Shown: piece by piece, positions 27,388-37,007 of the stretch
Layout: each line of letters starts with the position of its first letter
How positions within the stretch are numbered: the stretch's first letter is position 1
Virus record (IMG/VR): IMGVR_UViG_3300033072_001201
Span: 1-64,000 of that record
Strand: one strand, 5' to 3'
Length of the DNA: 64,000 bases
Source: a virus
Taxonomy: Duplodnaviria; Caudoviricetes
The notes under the pieces: generated by a model
Told to the model about the DNA's origin: nothing
Database searches by the model: none
What the model saw: the letters and a program-made list of their open reading frames with translations, nothing else
Position numbers and translations under genes: made by a program

Positions 27388-28635
27388 ATGATAAACTCCC
27401 TCCCGAATTTTGAAGTCAACCCATCCGATTTTCGCGTTGTTAAAATTCCCAAAAAGCGCAAGGGGGAATTCCGCGAGATTTGCGTGCCAAGTTTTGAGCT
27501 AAAACAATATTTGAGAGAGATTAATTTTGAGTTAAACAAGATTTCATTGGCTTTTGACAAAGAGGTTAATGGCTTTGTTCCCGGCAAAAATTGTGTCCTT
27601 AACGCCAAAGCCCACATTGGTTATAATTTTTCTCTCAATTTTGATCTTAAAGATTTTTTCGACACAGTAACTCTAGCGCAAATTTCCGAACAATTTCAAA
27701 CTCTTTGCGCGAAGGGGTTTATCAACGGAAGGGCTTATCAGGGTTTACCTACAAGTCCGGCAATTGCAAATTTAGCATTTATTAAAACGGATAAACTAAT
27801 CCTAAGTTGGATTGAAAATTATGTCAAAAATGTATTATTTTGCGGAGAATCTGAAAAAGTAGTATATACCCGTTACGCCGATGACTTGACGTTTAGTTTT
27901 AATCATTATGAAACTTATCACCAACTGCGGCAAAAAATCCCTTTAATTGTTGAGTCTCAGGGTTTTACAATTAATCCTCGCAAAACCCATTTACAGTCTG
28001 CAAAATTCGGGCGACGAATGATAACCGGCATCGGAGTTGATAGAAACGGAATATTTATTCCTCGCGAAATTAAACGGAAGATTAGAAGCGCAAAACACAA
28101 ACAAAAATATCGGTCGTTGGCCGGATTGCAAGAATGGGCGAAATTAAAAATGCCGAATTCTAGTCCGTTGGTTAAAAATTCACTTGTTTTCAATAATTTG
28201 TCGGAAGTTAATAGAATTAATAATTTGATTGAGAAATCTAATGCGCCGACTCAGAATAATTTTGGTGTTATAACACAAGTTTTTGTTCCAAAACCAATTA
28301 ACTACAATTTTATTGGTCCTATCAAAGAATGCAAAGATATTGACTTGAATAAAAAATTAAATAGCCGTGCAAAACAAAAACGCCATATTCCAAAAAATTT
28401 GACGATCAGCCAAGTTAAACGAAATTTGAAAATTAGGTCAAAATTAGCATATAAAGAAATTTTAGGCAAACAACCTGTGCAATTTGGGCATGTTAAAAAT
28501 ATTGTTGACGAACAAATTAAGGAACTAAACGCTGAGATTTACCGGAAAAATTCTCCCGAAAAATCCTTGACGCAACCAGAGTTTCCGGGTAAGGTAGTGG
28601 AAGATCAAAATTTGGCAGAAGAACTATTAAGTTAA
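27388..28635 (+). CDS. retron-type reverse transcriptase with a ~155-aa C-terminal extension
   Basis: NAKAH (retron NAxxH), DLKDFF, QGLPTSP, YTRYADD, ITG (retron VTG motif). Confidence 0.92.
   Translation: MINSLPNFEVNPSDFRVVKIPKKRKGEFREICVPSFELKQYLREINFELNKISLAFDKEVNGFVPGKNCVLNAKAHIGYNFSLNFDLKDFFDTVTLAQISEQFQTLCAKGFINGRAYQGLPTSPAIANLAFIKTDKLILSWIENYVKNVLFCGESEKVVYTRYADDLTFSFNHYETYHQLRQKIPLIVESQGFTINPRKTHLQSAKFGRRMITGIGVDRNGIFIPREIKRKIRSAKHKQKYRSLAGLQEWAKLKMPNSSPLVKNSLVFNNLSEVNRINNLIEKSNAPTQNNFGVITQVFVPKPINYNFIGPIKECKDIDLNKKLNSRAKQKRHIPKNLTISQVKRNLKIRSKLAYKEILGKQPVQFGHVKNIVDEQIKELNAEIYRKNSPEKSLTQPEFPGKVVEDQNLAEELLS
28567..28595 (+). promoter_or_regulatory. promoter inside the RT 3' end, for downstream genes
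   Basis: TTGACG-17-TAAGGT. Confidence 0.65.
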
Positions 28636-28654
28636 TTAACCCAAAAATAAAAAA

Positions 28655-28966
28655 ATGACTAATACTTCAATTATTACTATCAATAATCTTACCGCGAAAA
28701 ATCGCAAAGTGGTAGATAAAAATTGTGTTTCGACGGATTATTATTTCGGCGACAAGTTTTTATTTAACGAAGTATCGTTTTCAACGAAAAATGGAAAATC
28801 CGTTGATTATCAATACTTTACAAATTTGCAACTAACTAGACTTGCGGCGAATGAGTTGGCGCAAAAAATCAATGCGCAAACGTTTAGCAATTACGACGGT
28901 CATTCTATTTATTTTAATGACTTTAATAAGGCACTAGAATTTATTAACTCTGAAGATTTTAATTGA
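28655..28966 (+). CDS. hypothetical protein
   Basis: Packed ORF. Confidence 0.75.
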   Translation: MTNTSIITINNLTAKNRKVVDKNCVSTDYYFGDKFLFNEVSFSTKNGKSVDYQYFTNLQLTRLAANELAQKINAQTFSNYDGHSIYFNDFNKALEFINSEDFN

Positions 28967-29011
28967 TATTTTATTAACTCACTCAAAAACAAACACTAAA
29001 TCGTCAAAATT

Positions 29012-29365
29012 ATGAATCAAACTCGCAATCAAAATAATCCTATCGGCAATCAGAAACCCCATGCCTTTCTACTTGATTATATTAAGCAAAAATATCGAGT
29101 AGTCATCGATATTAACTATGGCAATAGCTGCTGCCCGCTTTATCATCCTATTACAGATAAACCTTATATGCAATATTGTGTTGTAACGGCATATAATAAT
29201 ATGGATGATTTAAATGCTGGTCGCGACGCTATTGTTAAAGCAACGAGCTATTGTTCCGAAAAAGATCAATACGACAAGCACCTCGGCCTAACAATTGCAC
29301 TACGGCGACTTAATATTAAACTAAAAGACGCGGAGAAAACATCAGGATATTTGTTTAAACATTAA
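29012..29365 (+). CDS. hypothetical phage protein
   Basis: A..YCSEKDQYDK..G..IAL.R motif recurrent in phages. Confidence 0.8.
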   Translation: MNQTRNQNNPIGNQKPHAFLLDYIKQKYRVVIDINYGNSCCPLYHPITDKPYMQYCVVTAYNNMDDLNAGRDAIVKATSYCSEKDQYDKHLGLTIALRRLNIKLKDAEKTSGYLFKH

Positions 29366-29644
29366 TTTGACGGGAAATTGTATAACCAGAATTTTCGAGA
29401 CAAAATCTTGACTATTCTGGTTTTTCTGTTAATTTTGACGGGAAACAAATAATTCTGAACAAAAAACTCCCTCCAAATATGAAATATCTTTTTCTAATCA
29501 TTCGCCATATTTTTCCACGGCATAAATGGCAAACTTATCAAACAACCAATATGATTGAAAACGGCCAAATTATTGGTTGGATGTTTGTCCAAAAAGACCA
29601 ATTCGGCAATATTAAATATAAGAAAATTTATGCATCTTCTTTTT

Positions 29645-29938
29645 ATGACTAACTCTGAAATTCGCCAGATTTTATCGACCAAAAAGTTTAAAAGTCTAAC
29701 CTACCGCAAACTTAATGGATCTATCCACAATTATCATGCCGCCCAACTAGGAGTTCACCGGGAACTAATTAAAGGTGCCCCGCCACCTTCGGAATATAAA
29801 AGTTGGAAATTATATTGGGAGAAAACCAATACTATCAATCTTTGGTGCCGAAAAGAAGGAGAAGAGGCTGCGAAATTTCGTTCTCTTAAACTTGATGGCA
29901 TTATTTCAGTTAGGGCGGAAGGGTCAATATTTGAATAA
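29645..29938 (+). CDS. SH3/WYL-like (Sm-like) small protein
   Basis: LTYRKLNG..., FRSLKLDGI. Confidence 0.65.
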   Translation: MTNSEIRQILSTKKFKSLTYRKLNGSIHNYHAAQLGVHRELIKGAPPPSEYKSWKLYWEKTNTINLWCRKEGEEAAKFRSLKLDGIISVRAEGSIFE

Positions 29939-30027
29939 TTAAGGAAAAATTCTTGACCGAAATCTCTTAATCCGTTAACTTGGGGAAAACTTAGGTTAGC
30001 GGATTAATTATTTGCAGAAAGGTTAAC

Positions 30028-30237
30028 ATGGCTATTAATTTTCAACCAAAATTTGGATTTATTAGTTGGAGGGCGGGAAAGTTGTTTGTTCAATTTCTTT
30101 TTCCATATTTCGTAATTATTCGCAAAAATGGATTTAAAGTGCATTTTTGCACAGATAACAAACTAGTAATCATTAAAAACAAAAGTTTAACAGTTAGTCT
30201 GCAACTTTTGGGTTTTGGATTTGCAATTGATTATTAA
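30028..30237 (+). CDS. hypothetical protein
   Basis: Promoter upstream. Confidence 0.55.
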   Translation: MAINFQPKFGFISWRAGKLFVQFLFPYFVIIRKNGFKVHFCTDNKLVIIKNKSLTVSLQLLGFGFAIDY

Positions 30238-30240
30238 AAA

Positions 30241-30390
30241 ATGAAAACAAAACCAACATATCAAGATTTTATCAATTATAAATTTGGTGTTCAAAAAATG
30301 GGATTTGACGCTAACCGTGCTTTTCAATTAGCTTGCGAGTGGCTAAAATCAATGGGGAGTTCTTATAAGGAGGTTGTTAAAAAATCATGA
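30241..30390 (+). CDS. 49-aa hypothetical protein (not in the ORF track)
   Basis: MKTKPTYQDF...; ATGA-coupled to 30387. Confidence 0.65.
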   Translation: MKTKPTYQDFINYKFGVQKMGFDANRAFQLACEWLKSMGSSYKEVVKKS

Positions 30391-30593
30391 CTTATTATAA
30401 AACTTTTAAGCGTTCTTATAAAATTGATCCAGAAAAACCATATATTACAAATAATTTTCTTCGCGGGCGAAAAATTACAGAAGAAACAGGTTTAACATAT
30501 GAGCAAGCGCGACAACGTTGCGAAGATTTTAATAAAAACCGAAATAGTCGGCAAATTCGTAAAGGTACAATGTTAGAGTTTACCGCTGAATAA
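30387..30593 (+). CDS. hypothetical phage protein
   Basis: TGLTYEQAR..C motif. Confidence 0.8.
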   Translation: MTYYKTFKRSYKIDPEKPYITNNFLRGRKITEETGLTYEQARQRCEDFNKNRNSRQIRKGTMLEFTAE

Positions 30594-30654
30594 TATTTAA
30601 AGCATAAACTTTAAATAACAATAACTTTTAAATCATATACTTTAATATATTTTT

Positions 30655-31236
30655 ATGCAAAATTTAATCGAAAACTCCACCGCGCAAGAAACTCCTGCCG
30701 AAAATTCAGATCGTCGCAATATCCTCGACAAATTTAGGGGTTGGGAGAATGATATGATTAAAAATTGCGTGCAAGCTAATACTATTAATGCCGCCGTCGC
30801 AATGTTCCACCTAAATGGGGATTTTAATATCTCAACACTACTCCGAAATACTAATTTTTTCGGTTTTAAAGAGTGTATTTATATTGGGAAGCGGCAATGG
30901 GATAGACGGGGAGCCGTTGGAACACAAAATTATAGTCGGCTTACCCATTTTCCAGACGAGGAGGCATTCTGGAATTATGCTAATGAGAATTATACTGTAA
31001 TCGCTATTGAAAACAATATAGATTTTGAGATTGAAAATCTTTACTCTTTTAATTTTCCTTCTAATCCTTTGTTTTTGTTCGGCGAGGAGGGTTGTGGATT
31101 ATCAAATGAAACTCTAAGTCGCGCCGCCAAGATTGTGCAAATCCCAAATTTTGGTTCCGTCAGAAGTCTTAATGTCGGAACGGCGTCGGGTATCATTATG
31201 TCGGAATATCGTAAATTTTTATATAAAAACTCATGA
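30655..31236 (+). CDS. SpoU/TrmH-family (SPOUT) RNA methyltransferase
   Basis: NISTLLR, LFGEEGCGLS, VQIP.FGSVRSLNV. Confidence 0.92.
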   Translation: MQNLIENSTAQETPAENSDRRNILDKFRGWENDMIKNCVQANTINAAVAMFHLNGDFNISTLLRNTNFFGFKECIYIGKRQWDRRGAVGTQNYSRLTHFPDEEAFWNYANENYTVIAIENNIDFEIENLYSFNFPSNPLFLFGEEGCGLSNETLSRAAKIVQIPNFGSVRSLNVGTASGIIMSEYRKFLYKNS

Positions 31237-31424
31237 GCAAAGAACTTAGCATTTATTATAATGGTCAAAATATTCCCATTCAACAATTTCTCGACAAACT
31301 ATCTTATTATTTTTCTTTAAATAGTTTGGATGGAAAACCCGAGCGTCAAAAACTCCGTGCCGAAATTAAGGGAATGCTCGAAAAAGTGGTTGTTTTAGAT
31401 ATTGAGAAACCAGAGCCGTTTTGA
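31233..31424 (+). CDS. hypothetical protein
   Basis: Coupled ORF. Confidence 0.7.
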   Translation: MSKELSIYYNGQNIPIQQFLDKLSYYFSLNSLDGKPERQKLRAEIKGMLEKVVVLDIEKPEPF

Positions 31425-31500
31425 CGAAACCCGATTTTCGCGTTGACTAATTGCGCGAATCGGGCTAAGATAGCGGAAACTTAGGAAACAAACTAAAATT

Positions 31501-31938
31501 ATGACAAAAATTCGTCCATTTGCCGAAATTTGCCCGCTTTCGAGGAAAACACTTAAACAATTAGGTTTTAAGTTCACAAGTCTTCATCTCGACAAAACAA
31601 AAGATGGTTGGCTTAGACTTTATTGTAGGTGGGAATCTAATGGTAAAAAAATGCAAAGTAGGGATAAATTTCCTATTTTAGCAGCAACTTCTTTTGAAAG
31701 TTATGCTTGTAGCATGAGTTTTTCTTTCCCAGTTGAATTTAAAAATAAAAAATTTGATTATAATCTTAAAACAGAAATCCAACTTGGAATCGAATTAGAA
31801 GATCAAACTCAATTTATCGATTATACTCCTAAATTCCATGAAAATCTAAAATATGGAGTATTAGTTTGGTTTGCCCCAAAAAATTGGAATAATGGCGAGG
31901 GAGACGAAGAATTATTTAAATGGGATGAAAAATCATGA
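31501..31938 (+). CDS. hypothetical protein
   Basis: Promoter upstream. Confidence 0.8.
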   Translation: MTKIRPFAEICPLSRKTLKQLGFKFTSLHLDKTKDGWLRLYCRWESNGKKMQSRDKFPILAATSFESYACSMSFSFPVEFKNKKFDYNLKTEIQLGIELEDQTQFIDYTPKFHENLKYGVLVWFAPKNWNNGEGDEELFKWDEKS

Positions 31939-32156
31939 AAGAAGCCGATAAAATTTCAGAAAAACATACGTTTGTGCTAGTTACTGATTATGTTTCTGAA
32001 CTTTCAGTTTCTATGGGATTATTTTTCCAAGATGAATTATTTAATGTTCCTTATCCGCAAGATTTGAAGACGCTAAACCAATTAGAATCAGAAGATAAGG
32101 TTTTGTTAAAAACTATTTATAGCGGAACTGTAGAATTCTATAATCGAAAAATCTAA
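31935..32156 (+). CDS. hypothetical protein
   Basis: Coupled ORF. Confidence 0.7.
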   Translation: MKEADKISEKHTFVLVTDYVSELSVSMGLFFQDELFNVPYPQDLKTLNQLESEDKVLLKTIYSGTVEFYNRKI

Positions 32157-32167
32157 AAACAAATTAT

Positions 32168-33331
32168 ATGCAAAATTTTAATGTTGGTGATAAAGTTAAG
32201 GTTGTTAAACTTGATAATCGAGCTTGGACCGAACTTTTAAAATATCGTGGCAAAACTGGTGAAGTTATCAAACCCGACCCGACAGATTGCCAAATCGAAT
32301 TCCAAGATGGTAAAAGATATTTTTTTAACTATCGTGAATTAGAAAAAGTAGAAGAAGATTTTAAAATCGGGGAGGAAGTTTATGCCAATGTTCCATCACT
32401 TGGTTTTGTAAACGAAAAAGTTACAATTTTTACAATTAATCAATTTGATATTGCAGTTAAATCAAAAGAAGGATTAATTTATTGTTTTGATCCAAAACTT
32501 CTTTCTAAACAACCAATTGACACAGAAAACTCAAACGCCAAAATGAAAACACTAGAACAAATTGATAGTGAAATTAAAGATTTGGAAGCCAAGATTCGGG
32601 ATCTTAAACAAGAAAAAGAAAATTCGACTTTTGAGGTCGGGGATTGGTTTATTGCCCTTAATGTTAAAGATTCCTTTGATTATCTAAATGGCAACATTTA
32701 TGAAGTTGTTAATATTACTAACGAATATGATACCAAATTCCTTGTCTCTCGTTTAGTTGAAAGAGGTTTAAATACTAAAAATAACGGTCTTGATATTAAA
32801 AATGCCCGAAAAGCAACTCCCGCCGAAATTAAGGCGCATTTAATCAAATTGGCCGAGGAATCGGGATTAAAAGCCGGCGAGAGGACGGAAAGAAAAGGAT
32901 TTGAGTATAAAGTTAAATCCATGAGTATTTATACTAAAAATAGCAAAACTTCCGTTTCTTGCATAGATTTTCTTAAAAAGAATAATATGAAATATGGGTT
33001 GCAGTGGGATTCTAATTCAGGTTGTTTAGAAGTATCCTATCCATTTGATTATATTACTTATCTGCAAAATAAATTCCAACCCAAAATCACAATCAACGGT
33101 TATAATGCAGAATTTTGCGAAGGGTTTGTAAAATTTGGTTGTGCATCTTTTTCTAATCAAATGTTTCGCGAAACCAAAAACTATATTGATTATGTAAGTA
33201 AAATTTGCGAATCTAATAAAACCGATCCTAAAAATTATTTTACCAACCGAAAAGTCGAAAACATCAAACTCGGCGCGGGGATTTTTACTCCGACCGATAT
33301 TGAAAATATTGTAAAGCGGCTAAAGGATTAA
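32168..33331 (+). CDS. modular protein with repeated KOW/SH3-like units
   Basis: FNVGDKVKV, FKIGEEVYA, FEVGDWFIA repeats. Confidence 0.8.
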   Translation: MQNFNVGDKVKVVKLDNRAWTELLKYRGKTGEVIKPDPTDCQIEFQDGKRYFFNYRELEKVEEDFKIGEEVYANVPSLGFVNEKVTIFTINQFDIAVKSKEGLIYCFDPKLLSKQPIDTENSNAKMKTLEQIDSEIKDLEAKIRDLKQEKENSTFEVGDWFIALNVKDSFDYLNGNIYEVVNITNEYDTKFLVSRLVERGLNTKNNGLDIKNARKATPAEIKAHLIKLAEESGLKAGERTERKGFEYKVKSMSIYTKNSKTSVSCIDFLKKNNMKYGLQWDSNSGCLEVSYPFDYITYLQNKFQPKITINGYNAEFCEGFVKFGCASFSNQMFRETKNYIDYVSKICESNKTDPKNYFTNRKVENIKLGAGIFTPTDIENIVKRLKD

Positions 33332-33332
33332 T

Positions 33333-33542
33333 ATGCAAAAAATTGATTTAGAAAAAATCTATAACGATCCGGAGTTTTTAGCTCTAGAATCAAAGCATAT
33401 ACAATTGATTTCAGAAGCCAATAAAATAATTGGCGAAATTAATGAAAAATTTGGAGTGCCGATTGATTTTTTTGCTTGCCCAAATCTGAATGGATACGGA
33501 AAAATCGTATTGTTTAATAAGGAATATTCGGAAGATTTTTAA
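33333..33542 (+). CDS. hypothetical protein
   Basis: Packed ORF. Confidence 0.7.
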   Translation: MQKIDLEKIYNDPEFLALESKHIQLISEANKIIGEINEKFGVPIDFFACPNLNGYGKIVLFNKEYSEDF

Positions 33543-33558
33543 TATATATAAAAAAATT

Positions 33559-34023
33559 ATGTATTTTCGACGAATTATTATTTTGGTGTTAATTATTTCG
33601 CCATTTTTAACGCCAAAACTCCACGCCGAAAACCAAGTTATAGACGACAATATTATTTTGCAAGCAATTGCCCAAGTAGAAAGCAATGGCCAATACTGGC
33701 GAATTGGAAAACATCGAGAAAAAACAAAATATCAATTTGTCGAATCTACTTGGTATCAATATTCCGATGTTCCATTCTTTTTTATTGAACAAGGGCATTA
33801 CGAAAAAGAATCCGATGTTGTTGCATATAAACATCTTGCAAAAATTAAACAGTTTTTATCTGCGCGAAATCAATGTTCTGTAAAAAATATTGCATTTATT
33901 TGGAATGCTGGTTTCGGGGCCTATAAGAGGGGTAAGTTACCAAATTCGACGAAAAGATATATGCAAAAAGTAGAAAAACAATATTATTTGTTAATCAACT
34001 CCTTGCCCGAAAAATCTTTATAA
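33559..34023 (+). CDS. secreted lytic transglycosylase (SLT/lysozyme-like)
   Basis: Signal-peptide-like N-terminus; AIAQVES catalytic Glu; YQF..STW; WNAG. Confidence 0.8.
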   Translation: MYFRRIIILVLIISPFLTPKLHAENQVIDDNIILQAIAQVESNGQYWRIGKHREKTKYQFVESTWYQYSDVPFFFIEQGHYEKESDVVAYKHLAKIKQFLSARNQCSVKNIAFIWNAGFGAYKRGKLPNSTKRYMQKVEKQYYLLINSLPEKSL

Positions 34024-34160
34024 TAACAAAGTAATTTTACGAGCAAAAAACTTGACGCGGAAACCAATAATGTTGTAGAAGATTATCGTCAATATTATAA
34101 ACTTGCAAAATTCCATCTGTTTCGCTGGAAAAATCGACCCGTTCCTAGCTGGTTATTGCC

Positions 34161-34490
34161 ATGAAGAAAAAAGATAAAAATCAACAAACTTTGGATTTCG
34201 GGCAAGAAATTCCCGTGCAAAAACCCATAATTGAAATTAAAAAAGCAGAAATTGTAAATTGCTCTAATTCAACAATTTATTCTAATTCAACAATTTATAT
34301 TGCCTACAAAGATGGCCAATATTTTGGAGAAACGGATTCGGACAAAAAATTGATTAAAGACTTGACAAATCAGGATTTTTTGAATAGATTTGATCTAGAA
34401 AAACTAAAGAATCTCGCCGCGAAAAATGGTATTATGTCAATTTGTATAACGCACCCTTTGCCAAAATATCAACCACCGACTAAGAAGTAA
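34161..34490 (+). CDS. hypothetical protein
   Basis: Contains an 18-nt tandem duplication (NSTIY twice). Confidence 0.7.
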   Translation: MKKKDKNQQTLDFGQEIPVQKPIIEIKKAEIVNCSNSTIYSNSTIYIAYKDGQYFGETDSDKKLIKDLTNQDFLNRFDLEKLKNLAAKNGIMSICITHPLPKYQPPTKK

Positions 34491-34515
34491 AAACAATAAA
34501 AACTCCCTTTTTATT

Positions 34516-35109
34516 ATGATTCAGCCCATTAATCAATTATCAATCGGAAGCATTGCCAAAATTCCATCCCTTCCTAATATCAATAGCATCACCGTCCTTC
34601 ATATTAATTTTTCGGGCGTCCGAGTAAAAGGCTCAGAAACTTTAGATGAAAAAACTACATTTTTCGATCATATTGTTTCCGGCCAAACTCCAGTAGAAAA
34701 AATTGGATTTGACGCCAATATTGCAAATCAACATGCTGAAAAAGAAGCAATAAGAGAGGGAATTATTTTGCAAAAGGCAGAAAAAAGTCTTGCGCCAAAA
34801 GAAAAGGGTGATAAAGTAGAAGAGTCGAAAGAAACAATTCAATCAGATAACAATAATAAATTAGAGGAAACAAAAATGTCAGACGAAAATACAACTTCAG
34901 AAACTCCGGTTGCAGAAACCGCTCAAAACCAACAAGTTACAAATCAAACCTTTGTTGCGCCAACTCCCGAGTTTTCGGCCAAGGAATTTGCAGAGGCTAA
35001 TAAACTCCCTTATCCTAATGCACTTGCCTACCTTAAACTAAATGCAAAAGAAGTTGGCAAGCGTTCTAATGGCCGGGGGCGTCCCACTATCCTTTATTCC
35101 CTGAAGTAA
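34516..35109 (+). CDS. hypothetical protein with a C-terminal HTH/AT-hook-like DNA-binding segment
   Basis: FSAKEFAEA..YPNAL..GRGRPTILY; possible second start at 34875. Confidence 0.75.
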   Translation: MIQPINQLSIGSIAKIPSLPNINSITVLHINFSGVRVKGSETLDEKTTFFDHIVSGQTPVEKIGFDANIANQHAEKEAIREGIILQKAEKSLAPKEKGDKVEESKETIQSDNNNKLEETKMSDENTTSETPVAETAQNQQVTNQTFVAPTPEFSAKEFAEANKLPYPNALAYLKLNAKEVGKRSNGRGRPTILYSLK

Positions 35110-35137
35110 TAGACTATCAAAAATTAAGAAAAAATCC

Positions 35138-35173
35138 AAGGGCTTAGAAAATTAAAAACTTCTAAGCCTTTTT
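35138..35173 (+). terminator. intrinsic terminator
   Basis: GGCTTAGAA/TTCTAAGCC then T-run. Confidence 0.75.
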
Positions 35174-35442
35174 GCTATTTTATCAATTGAGAGTTCGCTC
35201 TCACCTAACCATTAATTTTATGAACATTCCCTTTGATAATCCTAATCTTCCTTTTTTTCTTTTTAATAATTCGGTCAATTTATTTCGCTATTCAAGATTC
35301 TAGTTTTTGGGATTAGGGCAAAAAAATCGCGGAAAATTCTTTGCCTTAGCAAAGCGAAAAACGAAGTTTTTTTCTTGCGCAAACCGTTTTGGCGTGGTAC
35401 TTTTGGGACAGTTAACACGAAAACCAAAAACTCCCTTCAATT

Positions 35443-35841
35443 ATGAATTTTGATCGTCTTGTCGAAATCTCCCGAGCTTTGAAGGACGAAAAGCAAACGG
35501 GCCGGGCTTTTCATGTTACTTTTGCGTTGAGAAAGAATCGAATTATTGCCTTGGGTTGCAATGATTACACAAAGACTCATCCTCTAACTATTAATTACCA
35601 AAATCGTTTCAACAATAGTTTTAAGTATATTTCGGGTATTCATAGCGAATCAAGAATTATTAGCCGTTTGAAAATGGACGATCTTTCTGATTTTACGTTT
35701 GTGAACATTCGTATTATGAATGATGGAAATTTGGGTATGAGTGCTCCCTGTGTAAACTGCCATCAACTTTTGTTAACCTATAATGCAAACAAGCTTTTTT
35801 ACTCTAATACTCTCGGCGGTTTTAGCAAACTAATTTTTTGA
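35443..35841 (+). CDS. cytidine/dCMP-deaminase-like Zn protein
   Basis: HSE...PCVNC (HxE, PCxxC). Confidence 0.85.
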   Translation: MNFDRLVEISRALKDEKQTGRAFHVTFALRKNRIIALGCNDYTKTHPLTINYQNRFNNSFKYISGIHSESRIISRLKMDDLSDFTFVNIRIMNDGNLGMSAPCVNCHQLLLTYNANKLFYSNTLGGFSKLIF

Positions 35842-35852
35842 AAGGAATTATT

Positions 35853-36266
35853 ATGTGTCTTATCAATCAAAGTTATCCACAATATCAAGGATCAATCCGT
35901 TGGAAATTTTTAACCAAAGAGGGTGAATTTCTTAGAAGTCCTTCTTTTATGTTTTATTGGAGTAGAGCTAATAATCTTGCAGATAATTATAATTATCTTT
36001 TTGCGAGCAGTCAATGTGGTCTTCACGTTTATCTTTTTCAACAAACCGCAATTAATGCGGCGAAAAATTGGTTTGAAGATCATTGTGATTTTAAACAAAA
36101 AGTTTTTATCGCCAAATTAAAATGCTCAAACTTTTTGGGCGGCGGCATTATTGACAAATGCGATAATTATTCTGACGGCAAACGCGGCGAACGATGGGGA
36201 AGGGCCGATATTTTGGCGATTTATGATATTGACGGGAGAGAAGTGACTAAAATGTTTTTTAAGTAA
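35853..36266 (+). CDS. hypothetical protein, paralogue of 18655-19038
   Basis: Shared motifs. Confidence 0.75.
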   Translation: MCLINQSYPQYQGSIRWKFLTKEGEFLRSPSFMFYWSRANNLADNYNYLFASSQCGLHVYLFQQTAINAAKNWFEDHCDFKQKVFIAKLKCSNFLGGGIIDKCDNYSDGKRGERWGRADILAIYDIDGREVTKMFFK

Positions 36267-36289
36267 TCTGAAACCAATAATTACTCCAA

Positions 36290-36805
36290 ATGCACGCTTA
36301 TTATCTAGGTGGATTTTTCAATAATCGCTATGCAATTATTTCAGATTTTGAATCAAAAGCAATTCATAATCTTGATTTTGACGCAATTGTTGTTTGTGGA
36401 ATTGGGGGATTATTGTTTGGCCCAATTTTGGCCCATACTTTTAGCAAAGAACTTATTGTAGTTAGGAAACCCGATGATATTAATAACCATAGTGGTTCTA
36501 TTATTGAAAGTAGGGATTTACGAAAAAAGTTTAGATATATTTTTGTTGATGACCTAATCGCGAAAGGACTGACTTTCGCCTATGTAAAAATGGTATTGGA
36601 AAATTTTTGCCCAGATGGTGGTTGTGTTGGTGCTTTTACTTATAAGGGTGGAACGACAATTTACGATGTTGGATTTTTAGAAATTACAAATACGACTGTT
36701 AATAGAACTTATAATAACAAAATAAAAGAATATAAAAAGATCATTAAAAAGTCTAAAACCTATAATTCATTTGGATGTTTAGTAACATCAAAAGATTATG
36801 TTTAA
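36290..36805 (+). CDS. type I phosphoribosyltransferase
   Basis: YIFVDDLIAKGLT PRPP-binding loop; VVRK. Confidence 0.85.
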   Translation: MHAYYLGGFFNNRYAIISDFESKAIHNLDFDAIVVCGIGGLLFGPILAHTFSKELIVVRKPDDINNHSGSIIESRDLRKKFRYIFVDDLIAKGLTFAYVKMVLENFCPDGGCVGAFTYKGGTTIYDVGFLEITNTTVNRTYNNKIKEYKKIIKKSKTYNSFGCLVTSKDYV

Positions 36806-37004
36806 AACTCCCTTTAACACTCATTTATTTTTGCAAATCGGCCAATGCGTCCCATCTAATTATTTTAATCCTCCAAGTTTTGGCGGCAAACTAACCGATC
36901 AACTAACTTGTTTTCGCGGAGGAACTTCCGCCGAAAATTCAGAGAAACTATTATTTAGGCGAAAAATGGGCGGGTGGGTATTACAAGATATTGAGAGGGA
37001 ATAA
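36798..37004 (+). CDS. hypothetical protein
   Basis: Packed ORF. Confidence 0.65.
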   Translation: MFKTPFNTHLFLQIGQCVPSNYFNPPSFGGKLTDQLTCFRGGTSAENSEKLLFRRKMGGWVLQDIERE

Positions 37005-37007
37005 ATT

